The translations under genes and the position numbers were made by a program. DNA of 64,000 nucleotides, taken from positions 5,384,154-5,448,153 of the forward strand of contig NC_057759.1 in assembly GCF_004010195.1 (NCBI RefSeq), written 5' to 3'. This document shows positions 12,851 to 24,394 of this stretch, piece after piece; positions within the stretch are counted from its first letter, which is position 1, and every line of letters starts with the position of its first letter. The notes beneath the pieces were generated by a model, which was not told where the DNA came from, searched no databases, and saw only the letters and a list, made by a program, of their open reading frames with translations. The stretch comes from Chiloscyllium plagiosum. Its lineage: Eukaryota.

Positions 12851-13578
12851 ATACTTCACAACCGAACCAAGACAGCCTTCTGCAGTAAAGAAGTCCACAG
12901 ACTCTCTCTCCTTGAAAAGAAGAAATTCCTCCTCGCCTCAGTCTTTAATAGGAGACAAACTCCCTTCCCCCTCCCTCGGCCTGCCACATTCTGAAATGAT
13001 ACCCCTCTGGTCCCAGACTCTGCTACACATGGAGAAACAAACTCTCTCTGCATCTTCCCTCAAATCAAGTCATCGGAACATCTTCAATAAGGTCGCCCAT
13101 CTTTCTTCCCAACACCAAATGAGGATAGGCTAGACTTATGCAATCTCTTCCTAAACACACAGTCCCTCCATTCCCAGGATCAGCTTAGTGAACCTTCTTG
13201 GGACTGCCTCCAATGCCTAATCTCCCTCTCCTTCGATACGGAGGCCCAAAACTGATCACTGTATCACAGATGTGGTCTATCTAGTGTCTTGTATAGTCTA
13301 AGCAAAATCTCCTGGCTTTTATATTCCATTCCCTTTGAAATAAAGGCTATCATGACCTGCTTAACTTGGCCGCTAGCTTCAGTTTTGGGATTCACGGACC
13401 AGGACTCCCAAACCCTTAGGTCCACAGCTTTCTGCAGTCTTTCACCATTTAAGTAATAAGTATTGACATCAATTTAATAGATATGGTTCTGTGTCATACA
13501 TTAGTTAATCATTAAAAGTGGATCTGAGCAAATGAACCATGTTATGAACACTCAACTAGCTGTCTGATCTAGCAAATG

Positions 13579-14988
13579 GAGGTCCTGGCTGAATGGTATT
13601 GATGCTAGACTATAAATCTGGATTCCTAGGTGATATTCCAGTGACCTAGGTGCAAATCCTGCCATGGCGACAGGGTGAATTTGAGTTCAATAAAAGTCTT
13701 GGATTTAAAGTTTAATGAGGACCATTGACAGGAGAGAGCACTGTCTGGGTACTAATGTCCTTTCGGGAAGAAAATCTGTCATCTTTACCCAGTCTGGCGT
13801 ACATATAACTCCAGACCACACAACAATGTGGCTGACTCTTAACTGACCTATTGGTAATTAGGGATGGGTGATCAATGTTAGCCCTGCCAGTCACACCTGC
13901 ATCCTACAAGTGTATATTTTTTTTTTAAATCATGACCTTGACTGAAGGAAATCTGTACCCAGTCTGGCTTTCCTGAGTCATATTCTGTAATGCTTTGCAT
14001 TCCACTGCAGACAAAAGACCTGTCAACAGAATACCTATCATAATGTGTAAACTTACTGGATGGCTGCAATGCAAGAGTGGACACACAGCAAGGAGTAGCC
14101 ATTAGGGCTCTAAGATCATGGCTTGAGAAATATAAACAAGAGTGGACAGTGACTATTTGATCTTTGCAGCTATTGCAAGCTTTATGCAACTAACACTTTT
14201 TACAGACCAATCCATGTTGCAAAGTGTTCTGTAGACAGCTGAGATCAGGACATTTGTAGCAACTAGGCCCAATCATCACCAAAGAGGTCCTGGCTGAATG
14301 GTATTGATGCTAGACTATAAATCTGGATTCCTAGGTGATGTTCCAGTGACCTAGGTGCAAATCCTGCCATGGCGATGGGGTGAATTTGAGTTCAATAAAA
14401 GTCTTGGATTTAAAGTCTAATGAGGACCATTGACAGGAGAGAGCACCGTCTGGGTACTAATGTCCTTTCGAGAAGAAAATCTGTCATCTTTACCCAGTCT
14501 GGCGTACATATAACTCCAGACCACACAACAATGTGGCTCACTCTTAACTGACCTATTGGCAATTAGGGATGGGTGATCAATGTTAGCCCTGCCAGTCACA
14601 CCTGCATCCTACAAGTGTATATTTTTTTTAAAAATCATGACCTTGATGGAAGGAACTCTGTACCTAGTCTGGCTTTCCTGAGTCATATTCTGTAATGCTT
14701 TGCATTCCACTGCAGACAAAAGACCTGTCAACAGAATACCTATCATAATGTGTAAACTTACTGGATGGCTGCAATGCAAGAGTGGACACTCTGCAAGGAG
14801 TAGCCATTAGGGCTCTAAGATCATGGCTTGAGAAATATAAACAAGAGTGGACAGTAACTATTTGATCTTTCCAGCTACTGCAAGCTTTATGCAACTAACA
14901 CTTTTTACAGACCAATCCATGTTGCAAAGTGTTCTGTAGACAGCTGAGATCAGGACATTTGTAGCAACTAGGCCCAATCATCACCAAA
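13579..14988 (+). repeat. Direct tandem duplication, 2 x 705 bp
   Basis: gaggtcctggctgaatggtattg starts at both 13579 and 14284; the right arm has one copy (~32765-33468). Confidence 0.92.
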
Positions 14989-15269
14989 GTGTCATTTGCT
15001 GTCCCTCAATGCAAGGATGTCATCTACTCAGGATAATACATTTTTGCTGTTGCTCTATATGCAACTGAACTGGCAGATTCCCTGTATAGGTAGTGGGATC
15101 TGGTGCAGATTATGCTTCCTTTTCTTTCTCTATTGCTGCTCTGACTCATCATTAAGGTGCAGCTGGGCAGACAAGTTGCCACTTTTTAAAAATTGACAGT
15201 AAGGTCCATGATCCTGAACTTTAAGTAACTTCATGGAAAGCTTCAGTGTCTTGGAAGACTGGGACCACT

Positions 15270-16205
15270 TTTGTTTGTCATTTATATATAAATGATTTAG
15301 ATGAGGAAATGGAAAGCATGATTAGCAACTTTGCAGAGAACATCAGGATTGGTAGTATAGTGGATAATGAAGAAGGTTATTGAAGATTACAAAGAAATCT
15401 TGATCAATTGGGTCCATGGTCTGAAAGTGGCAGATGGGTCTAATTTGGATAAATGTGAAGTAATGCATTTTGGTAAAACAAACAAAGACAGGAATTATTC
15501 AATTTAAAGTAGAACCATCAGTGGTGTTGTGGAACAGAGAAACCTAAGGGTTCAGGTACATAATTCTCTGAAGTTTGCATCACAGATAGATAGGGTGGTT
15601 AAGAAGGCATTTTGCACGCTTGCATTTATTGCTCAGACTTGTGATTATAGGAGTTGGGATGTCCTATTGAGGTTGAACAGGACAGTGGTGAGGCCTGTTC
15701 TGGAGTACTGTGTCCAGTTCTCCTTGTTATAGGAAGGATATTATTAAGTTGTAGGGGGCTTGGAAGAGATTTACCTGGATGCTGTTGGGAATGGAAGATT
15801 TGAGTTAGGAGAGGCTAGATAGATTTAGATTAGATTAGACTTACAGTGTGGAAACAGGCCCTTCGGCCCAACAAGTCCACACCAACCCGCCGAAGCGCAA
15901 CCCACCCATTCCCCTACATTTACCCCTTTACCTAAAGGTGAGGCGAAAGATTTTATAAAGGCGTAACTGGCAACTTTTCTTATGAAGTGGTTTGTGTATA
16001 GAATGAACTTTCAGAATAAATGGTGGATACGGACACAATCACAATGTTTAAAAGCTGTTTAGATAAGATCATTAACAAAAAAAAAACTTGGAAGGTCATG
16101 GACAAACCACAGGCAGTTGGAACCAGTTTAGTTTTGGATTATGTTCAGGGTGGACTGTTTGGACTGAAGGGTCTTTTTCAGTGCTGTATGAATGTGACTA
16201 TGTGA
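15270..16205 (+). mobile_element. CR1-clade LINE 3' fragment (mirror ~31780-32470)
   Basis: VVKKAFCTLAFI...VVRPVLEYCVQF. Confidence 0.8.
15826..15933 (-). mobile_element. 5'-truncated SINE, left arm only
   Basis: Only the tail and 3' part are present; it replaces CR1 sequence retained at ~32040-32175. Confidence 0.8.
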
Positions 16206-16795
16206 CTCCAAGCCCAGTAATCATTGGGCTAAATGGTTTGTTCCCGCTCTATTTTCTTTTTACTAAATGACTGCCTCAGACTGATTCCTGAGATGGCAGG
16301 ACTGACAGATGACGAGAGACTGAATTAGTTAGGATTATATTTACTAGAGTTTAGAAGAATTGGGGTGGGAGGAAACCTATAAATTCTAACAGGGTAAAAA
16401 TAGGAAGGAATTTCACACTAACAGAGCTAAGGGGGAGGAGTTAAAAACAAATGGGTCATAGTCGAAAGGAGACAGGGTGTAGGGCTGTCATGGGCAGAAC
16501 TGTCTCCACCCAGAAAGTGGGGAGCCTGTGGAATTGTCTACCACAGAAAGCGGTCATGGTGAGATCATCAAATAATGTTCAAAGAAGATTGGGATAGAGT
16601 ACCTTGGGGCTAAAGGAGAAAGTGGGAAATGGGAGTCTGAGTTGGGCAATACCATTGCAGCAGGCTGGAGGGACCAGGTGGCCTACTCCTGCTCCTATTT
16701 GCTCTGTCCTTCAGCTCCTTTGTTGAAGTGCAATTACAGAAATGGTCAAAAAATGCAACGAGCCTTGGATTAAGACATTGTCTGTTCCCTTGCAG

Positions 16796-16893
16796 AGGGA
16801 GGTTGACAGTCACGTGACTTACGCGTCGTTAATGCACCTTGAAAGGACAAGAGACCAAGATGTGCGTGCTGGAAGGCAGGGAGGTAATGGAGC
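16796..16893 (+). CDS. Terminal ITIM exon, left copy, truncated by assembly gap
   Basis: Acceptor tctgttcccttgcag|AGG; reads REVDSHVTYASLMHLERTRDQDVRAGRQGGNG, then Ns. Inverted homologue of 31081-31176. Confidence 0.75.
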
Positions 16894-17393
16894 NNNNNNN
16901 NNNNNNNNNNNNNNNNNNNNNNNNNNNNNNNNNNNNNNNNNNNNNNNNNNNNNNNNNNNNNNNNNNNNNNNNNNNNNNNNNNNNNNNNNNNNNNNNNNNN
17001 NNNNNNNNNNNNNNNNNNNNNNNNNNNNNNNNNNNNNNNNNNNNNNNNNNNNNNNNNNNNNNNNNNNNNNNNNNNNNNNNNNNNNNNNNNNNNNNNNNNN
17101 NNNNNNNNNNNNNNNNNNNNNNNNNNNNNNNNNNNNNNNNNNNNNNNNNNNNNNNNNNNNNNNNNNNNNNNNNNNNNNNNNNNNNNNNNNNNNNNNNNNN
17201 NNNNNNNNNNNNNNNNNNNNNNNNNNNNNNNNNNNNNNNNNNNNNNNNNNNNNNNNNNNNNNNNNNNNNNNNNNNNNNNNNNNNNNNNNNNNNNNNNNNN
17301 NNNNNNNNNNNNNNNNNNNNNNNNNNNNNNNNNNNNNNNNNNNNNNNNNNNNNNNNNNNNNNNNNNNNNNNNNNNNNNNNNNNNNNNNNNNNN
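16894..17393. other. Assembly gap of exactly 500 N (probably an unsized scaffolding join)
   Basis: Run of 500 Ns; a round number is typical of placeholder gaps. Confidence 0.9.
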
Positions 17394-17559
17394 TGGCTTA
17401 TAAAGACTGTATACCGTTGTTCTGCCCTTTTTCGGGTTCGAGGAGTCCCCAGTATATATCTACCCACTGCCCTTCTGCCATTGGTAATGTGTCCGGTGAT
17501 AGAATCATTTGGGATCCAGAGTGAATCATTGTCATAGAACAGTTGACAGAATAGCCATT

Positions 17560-17860
17560 TGGAAAGAGAACCGAGACCCCACATCTCACCAGCAAGTGAC
17601 GGCCCATCAGATTCACAGGGCATGCAGGTGATGAAATATACCGGTGACGAAAGGTCTGTCCGGCCACTGATGTGATCAGTGGCGATGTCAAAGGCAGATT
17701 TTCTGGTTTACCCGAGAACCCTACTAACTAGATGCTGGAGGATGACATATTTGACCGAGGTATATCACAAGTGACGGTAGAAAATCTTGCATCTGTGTCA
17801 ACCAAAAAAAACAGATTCTTGTCCATTACCCTCATTTACATATAGGGGTCTGCCAACCCC
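17560..17860 (-). pseudogene. pro: ERV aspartic protease, inactivated
   Basis: LVDTDARFSTV (DTG changed to DTD) and CPVNLMGRHLL, with frameshifts. Confidence 0.7.
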
Positions 17861-17889
17861 ACATGCCCCTGGATTCTCGGGCCCCGTCA

Positions 17890-19349
17890 ATATTTGTACC
17901 CCTGCCCTTCCGGCATAGTCTGGGGGTACGGTCCTTGCACCGGGGCTGCAGCTGCATTTAGGGCTTGGTAAGGCTGAGCAGCCTGTTGAAAAGAAAGCTG
18001 ACTTGGGGATACTGTCCTCGGATCAATCCCTAGCCTCCCTTCTAGCCTCATCGAGCTGTAACTTCAGCAACTGCACTTGAGCTGACTCGTTGCTCTGTTT
18101 ATCTTCATCCTGTTTTGTCCTGTTACGCTTCATGCGGTGCGTCAAATGTTTTTCCCACTGTTCTGTAGAACAACCTGGGATGTTAGGATTACTCTCCATT
18201 GCCTCTTTTACTTCCTTAGGCATCCCTGCCATAGGGGCGTTCCTAAATAATGTGGTCTGTAGCTGACCCGACCCTGGATGGCTCCCTGCAGTATCTGTTC
18301 ACGTGCCCTTACACCTAGCCAAAAAGGCAGGAATATCCTCACCCTCCTTCATTGTGAAGGTGAGGGAGTGCATTGCTCCCGGTGGAATCGGAAGTCTATC
18401 CCTCATTGCCCTTCCCACACAGGTGGCATGCTGCACAAACTGTTCCGAATCAGGTAGTAAGGTGGTCCCCGCAGACGCTTCAATCTGCTGTATTTCCCAC
18501 ATATTCAATTCCTTGCCCAACAATGCTCTCCAATCACCCATAGCTAACTTGTACCCTAGTGTATATTGGCAAAATTTAGTCATCCAAGGCCCACCTCCCT
18601 CCATGGGTGGGGGCATTTTATCCAGGATGCAGTTCATGTCAGTAAATGTGAAGGGCTGATAAACATCCCCCAAATAAGAGCCTCTGTAAATTAATGGCAT
18701 CTGGTGGATGATACTTTATGGTAAATTAATGGCATCTGGTGGATGATACTTTATGGGTTGTCGTAATGTGTCTCTGTGATGCAGGATGTAACTTGGTTCA
18801 GGTAGGGGCTTCATTGGAGGGCCATGTTCAGTATGCATTGTGAGTGAGCCTTTCAAAGTGACGGGGTAGGTGTGTGGGTCATCGTCTGTCAGGGATTCTT
18901 CGTCCTCAATATCTATACTACTTTTAGACTCCTCCCCATCCAATTTCTCTGTTCAGCTTCTAGTGTTAGTTTTTCTACTTTTCTGATACTTTCTTCTACA
19001 CCTTCCGCCAGTCTCTGTTTTACTACGTTGTACTCTCTTGTTCCTACTTCTGCACATCTGACACCCCTTCTTGAACATACATAAGTGGCATTTGTATTAC
19101 AGGATATGGGGGCGGTGATTGTACCACAGGCAATTTAGGATATAATGGCGCGGATGGTCCTGCATTTTCTGTCTCCTTTGTCAGTTCTATTGTAGAGGTA
19201 CCACCTACTCTCTTTTGTAATGTTTCTACTGTCATACAGGCTAACGTCATGTTGTGCAGATAAATCCTCCTCTCCTCTTTCTCCTCGCCTTCTTTAGTCC
19301 ACTTTCTTCTAACTAATATTGACCCTTTCTTTCCCTTCATGTGCTCTTC
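17890..19349 (-). pseudogene. gag: ERV gag, disrupted
   Basis: Fragments ...GPSAPLYPKLPVVQSPPPYP..., YQPFTFTDM...EGGGPWM...LAMGDWRALL and a coiled-coil-like C-terminal part, broken by stops and a 35-bp duplication (18686-18755). Confidence 0.7.
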
Positions 19350-19620
19350 NNNNNNNNNNNNNNNNNNNNNNNNNNNNNNNNNNNNNNNNNNNNNNNNNNN
19401 NNNNNNNNNNNNNNNNNNNNNNNNNNNNNNNNNNNNNNNNNNNNNNNNNNNNNNNNNNNNNNNNNNNNNNNNNNNNNNNNNNNNNNNNNNNNNNNNNNNN
19501 NNNNNNNNNNNNNNNNNNNNNNNNNNNNNNNNNNNNNNNNNNNNNNNNNNNNNNNNNNNNNNNNNNNNNNNNNNNNNNNNNNNNNNNNNNNNNNNNNNNN
19601 NNNNNNNNNNNNNNNNNNNN
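19350..19620. other. Assembly gap of 271 N inside the ERV
   Basis: Run of Ns next to the tandemly repeated leader region. Confidence 0.95.
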
Positions 19621-19818
19621 AACCCCACGGGACTTTAAACCCGTACGTATCAAACTTTGTTGCTTTTATGGGGACTCTAACCCCAAGGGACTTTAAACCC
19701 GTACGTACCTTGTTGCTTTTATGGGGACTGTAACCTCAAGGGACTTTAAACCTGTACATATTAAACTTTGTTGCTTTTATGGGGACTCTAACCCCAAGGG
19801 ACTTTAAACCTGTACGTA
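19621..19818. repeat. ~58-60 bp tandem repeat in the ERV leader (at least 3.5 units)
   Basis: Repeated ggggactctaaccccaagggactttaaacccgtacgta...ttgttgcttttat. Confidence 0.85.
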
Positions 19819-20022
19819 CTATATCAATACTTTATCCACTTACTATTACGAGGACGCTTGCAGTATAATGACAACAATCAATTTAGTATTTCCAATGGCA
19901 GAACTTCGATATAAACAGGCATCTGCTCACCTTTTTTTATGCGGCGCCGCTTGTTGTTGTCATCAGACGTCAGTTGTCCATTGTTTCTATTTTTCTCTCT
20001 TTTCCGTCACTTCTCCGTCTTC

Positions 20023-20040
20023 AGCACGTCAGGGTCACCA
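20023..20040 (-). promoter_or_regulatory. Primer binding site, tRNA-Trp type
   Basis: TGGTGACCCTGACGTGCT, 3 nt after the LTR end; 16/18 match to the tRNA-Trp PBS TGGTGACCCCGACGTGAT. Confidence 0.8.
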
Positions 20041-20043
20041 AAT

Positions 20044-20685
20044 TGTTGGACTTTGGCTCAATCTACCAGCTTACTTTCTTCTATGTGTGAGCCAAGTCCT
20101 GCGTGTTCTTTCAATGAAGCAATAGGAGAAGATATTCGGTCTCACATTTTTAGTTTATTTTAGGAATAAGTGGATAAAGCATACAGAGCTCTGGGTCTAG
20201 ACCTTTCTGTCCTTGCCAAACTATATAGTGTGTCAGTTCAGAAAATCCCACACCCTTCTGTCCCTGAACCAGTCTTGTTATACAATAAAAAATGTCATGC
20301 AATCACTGATGTGGGATTATCTTCTGATTGGCTGTTGATCTGACTCCATTCTCCACCTCCTTACGTTCCCGGATGTCCGACCCCACGTGACCCTGTTTTG
20401 CCCGCGAAACGGAGTACCACGTGACCCTGTTTTGCCCGCGAAACGGAGGACCACGTGACCTCCTTGCACGCCTCCAGCGCGTGAAACAGGGCATCACGTG
20501 ACCTCCCTGCACGCCTCTGGCGTGTGAAACAGAGCATCACGTGACCCTGCTTTGCAACGGAGCGGAGCACCACGTCACCTTGTTCTGCGCGCGTGCATAA
20601 CGGAGCACCCCCAAAGGCTTCCGAATGCTGAGTAGATTTACACTCGCAGCCTGCCATATATTTATAAGTAAGTCATATGTTTACA
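20044..20685 (-). repeat. ERV 5' LTR (~640 bp)
   Basis: Minus strand starts TGTAAAC and ends CCAACA. TATA-like tatata at ~20222-20227, AATAAA at ~20154-20159, and a CpG-rich ~36-bp CACGTG-containing tandem array at ~20380-20600. Confidence 0.75.
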
Positions 20686-21299
20686 AATGTCAGCATTCAT
20701 TTTGGGAGGGTTAGAATACAAGAGCAAGGATGTACTCCTGAAGCTGTATAAGGCTCTGGTCAGACCACATTTGGGACATTGTGAGCAGTTTTGGGCCCCC
20801 TATCTAAGGATCGAGTCCAGAGGGAGTTTACAAGAAAGATCACAGGGATGAAGAACTTGTCATATGAGGAGAGATTGAGGACTTTGAGTCTGGACTCGAT
20901 GGAGGTAGAAGGATGTGGGAGAATCTGATTGAAACTTACAGATATTGAGTGGCCAGGTTGGAGTGGACATGGAGATGTTTCCACGAGTGGGAGAGATGAG
21001 AATATGAAGGCACAGCCTCAGCGTGAAGGGATATCCCTTTAGAACTGAGATGAGGAGGAATTCCTTCAGCCAGACACAGGGGAATCTGTGGAACTCATTG
21101 CTGCAAAAGGCTGTGGAGCCCAAGTCATTGAGTGTGTTTCAGACAGAGATGGATAATTTCTTGTTTTCGTGAGGGGATCAAGGGTTACAGGAGATTGCAG
21201 GAGAATTGGGTTGAGAAACATGTCAGTCACGATCAAATGGCAGAACAAGTTTTATTGGCTGAATGGCCTAAAATTGGTCCCATATCATAGGCTTATGCT

Positions 21300-22090
21300 C
21301 TGCTGGGTTACAGTATGGAATCTAATGAAGGTGTTTGGGTTTGTTTATATACAGAGTAACTGTACCAGAGAGTGCAATGCAGATGGGAGAATAGTTGAGG
21401 GGCTTGGGGTGGTTTACATGTAGACACTGGGGAAAGAGTTACAGACTGCAATCTAATTTAAAGGTTCAGCATAGTTTCTGTCGCGATATCCAGGAATAAG
21501 ATACAAACTGGACTCTAATCACGGATTCGGTGTCGTTTTTACATAGAATAGCAGATATCTGGGACTGAGATACAGATTGGAATCTTAATTGCGGTTCTGG
21601 CAGTTTTACTATGGAATAACAGGTCCCTGAGGGTGAATTACAGACTGGAATCTAATTGAGGCATTTGGGGTGATTTATGTTTTGAATAACAGAAGCATGG
21701 AATTGAATAACAGATTGGAATCTAATTGAGGGGATTAAGATAGTTTATGTTTTGAAAATTTGATAATGAAGAGTGAGTTACATATAAAATCTTTTTGAGA
21801 AATTTGTTGTGGTTAACATATGATTGAATTTCAGATTCAAATCCAATTGAGGTTTTCAGGGTGGTTTATACATGGAATAACATATACTTAAGAGTGAGTT
21901 ATCATCTGGGATCTTATCAAGTCGATAGAGTGGTCTATATAAAGAATAAAAGTTATTCAGGAGTGAGTCAAATCAAGGATGTTTGGATGTAGAATAACAG
22001 ATAACTGGGAGTGACGTACAGATTGGAATCTCATTGGCAGGGGTGGGGAGGGAGGGTGGCGGTACAGGTGATTTATATACAGAAACACCA
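21300..22090. repeat. Degenerate ~61-bp tandem array
   Basis: Recurrent gtttatata..gaataacagat...gagtgagttacagactggaatctaattgagg, about once per 60-nt line. Confidence 0.75.
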
Positions 22091-22306
22091 GATAGGAGAG
22101 GGGCAAAGACAGGGGACAATGTAGCCACCATGAACCAATCCAAAAATGATGAATGAGGAGGTTTCCAAGTGCTTTTCCAACAGGAGGTTTCCAAGATGGG
22201 AGAGAAACGGGCAGATACACTCACAGTCAGGAACAGGCGGAAGAATATTTAGATTTCCAAATGGCATCAGATCAAGACTGTCATCATTTTTAAAACTGAT
22301 GCAACA

Positions 22307-23575
22307 TGTCTTTGTGCGTGGGAAATCATGTCTCACAAACTTGATTGAGTTTTCGAAGTAACAAATAGGATTGATGAGGACAGAGCAGTAGATGTGATCC
22401 ATATGGACTTCCGTAAGGCGTTCGACAAAGTTCCCCATGGGAGACTGGTAAGCAAGGTTAGATCTCTCGGAATATAGGGAGAACTAGCCATTTGGATACA
22501 GAACTGGCTGAAAGGGGTAGAAGACAGAGGGTGGTGGTGGAGGGTTGTTTTTCAGATTGGAGGCCTGTGACCAATGGAGTGCCACCAGGATCGGTGCTGG
22601 GTCCTCTACTTTTTGTCATTTACATAAATGATTTGGATATGAACATAAAGAGGTACAATTAATAAGTTTGCAGATAACACCAAAACTGGTGGTGTAGTGG
22701 ACAGCGAAGAAGGTTAACTCAGATTACAACAGAATCTTGACCAGATGGGCCAATGGGTGAGAAGTGGCAGATGGAGTTTAATTCAAATTAATGCGAGGTA
22801 CTGCATTTTGGGAAAGCAAATCTTAGCAGCACTTATACACCTAATGATAAGGTCCGAGGGCATGTTGCTGAACGAAGAGATCTTGGAATGCAGGTTCATA
22901 GCTCCTTGAAAGTGGAGTCGCAGGTAGATAGAATAGTGAAGAAGGCATTTGGTATGCTTTCTTTTATTGGTCAGAGTATTGAGTACAGGAGTTGGGAGTT
23001 CATGTTGCGGCAGGACATTGGTTAGGCCACTGTTGGCATATTGCATACAATTCTGGTCTCCTTCCTGTCAAAAAGATGTTGTGAAACTTGAAAGTGTTCA
23101 GAAAAGATTTACAAGGATATTGCTAGGGTTGGAGGATTTGAGCTATAGTGAGAGGCGGAACAGACGTGGACTGTTTTCCCTGGAGCGTCGGAGGCTGAGG
23201 GATGACCTTTTTGAGGTTTACAAAATTATGAGGAACATGGATAGGGAAAATAGAAAAAGTCTTTTCCCTCGGGTCCTGGAGTCCAGACGTGGAGGGCATA
23301 GGTTTAGGGTGAGAGGGGAAAGATACAAAAGTGATGTAAGGGGCAACTTTTTCACACGGAGGGTGGTACGTGTATGGAATGAACTGCCAGAGGAAGTGGT
23401 GGAGGCTGGTACTATTACAACATTTAAAAGGCATTTGGATGGGTATATGAATAGGAAGGGTTTGGAGGCTGGGGGCTGACAGGTGGTACTAGATTGGGTT
23501 GGGATATCTGGTCGGTATGGACGGGTTGGACGAAGTGTCTGTTTCCATGTTGGACATCTCTGTGACTCTATAACT
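22307..23575 (+). mobile_element. CR1-clade LINE, 3' part of ORF2 (RT) and 3' UTR
   Basis: FVRGKSCLTNLIEF, MDFRKAFDKVPH, KFADNTK, LVRPLLAYCIQFWSP, RRLRDDLFEVYKIM, VWNELPEEVV; contains frameshifts. Confidence 0.92.
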
Positions 23576-24061
23576 CGGCACAGATAGATCAAAAAGAAAA
23601 TTGAGAAGACTTCATAAGGTATCTGCAAAACACATAACAAGTAACAGGAAACTAATCTGTTTGATCAACCTGTGCCGGAAAAGCAGAGCTGGTCAGACAG
23701 TATCTGAGTAGCAGGAGAATCGACATTTTGGTCTTGACACCTCCACCAGGAATGAGGTTAATGCAGCAGATTATTGTAAATCTGCACTGCAAAATTAAAG
23801 TTGACCTGGCATCAATTCCTTTTGCAGTTCCACAACTGGTATGACCATTTAGAAGTCGTTACCCACATTACTTTAGTGACTTTCCATTTGCATACATTGA
23901 GCTACATCCCCATTTGCTTTCCCCATTCACTGAAAAATGAATATCGTTTTATAATTTCTGTACCATAATGCTTACAATGCTGCCTATCTGGTACTTTCTC
24001 ATTTATTTTGAGTCCAGTGTAAATACAATGAAACCAACAAACATATGAAGTTCCATCCAAT

Positions 24062-24375
24062 GGGCGGCACGGTGGCACAGTGGTTAGCACTGCTGCTTCA
24101 CAGCGCCAGAGACCCGGGTTCAGTTCCCGCCTCAGGCGACTGACTGTGTGGAGTTTGCACGTTCTCCCCGTGTCTGCGTGGGTTTCCTCCGGGTGCTCCG
24201 GTTTCCTCCCACAGTCCAAAGATGTGCAGGGTCAGGTGAATTGGCCATACTAAAATTGCCCGTAGTGTTAGGTAAGGGGTAAAAGTAGGGGTATGGGGTG
24301 GGTTTCGCTTCGGCAGGTCGGTGTGGACTTGTTGGGCCGAAGGGCCTGTTTCCACACTGTAATCTAATCTAATCA
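24062..24375 (+). mobile_element. HE1/V-SINE type SINE, near consensus
   Basis: gggcggcacggtggcacagtggttagcactgctg... through aatctaatctaatc. Confidence 0.92.
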
Positions 24376-24394
24376 ATAACTTTGTTGATTTGAA

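Larger units (their letters stand above)
1656..16893 (+). repeat. Left arm of a large inverted segmental duplication
   Basis: Colinear reverse-complement match to ~31081-43445, from cactcaaacgctcttactgcc to the gap. Mirrored ORFs in the track, e.g. 2127-2318(-) vs 42785-42976(+) and 3233-3625(+) vs 40649-41035(-). Confidence 0.95.
17394..20685 (-). mobile_element. Degenerate endogenous retrovirus: 5' LTR, PBS, leader, gag, protease; remainder lost in the gap
   Basis: LTR bounded by TG...CA with an adjacent PBS, gag fragments with late domains, and protease motifs LVDT(D)A and CPVNLMGRHLL. The LTR abuts CR1 sequence at 20686. Confidence 0.85.

Noticed and set aside
16742..19733. Long ORFs spanning N runs
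   Set aside because: Artefacts of translating gaps; only the flanking segments are informative.
19621..20600. Regularly spaced repeats resembling a CRISPR array
   Set aside because: Tandem units without unique spacers, inside a retroviral leader and LTR in eukaryotic DNA; no cas genes.
22124..22156. Kozak-like GCCACCATGA
   Set aside because: The frame closes after eight codons.
24062..24140. tRNA-like sequence with A and B boxes
   Set aside because: It is the head of a SINE, continuing into the core and tail; many copies occur in the window.
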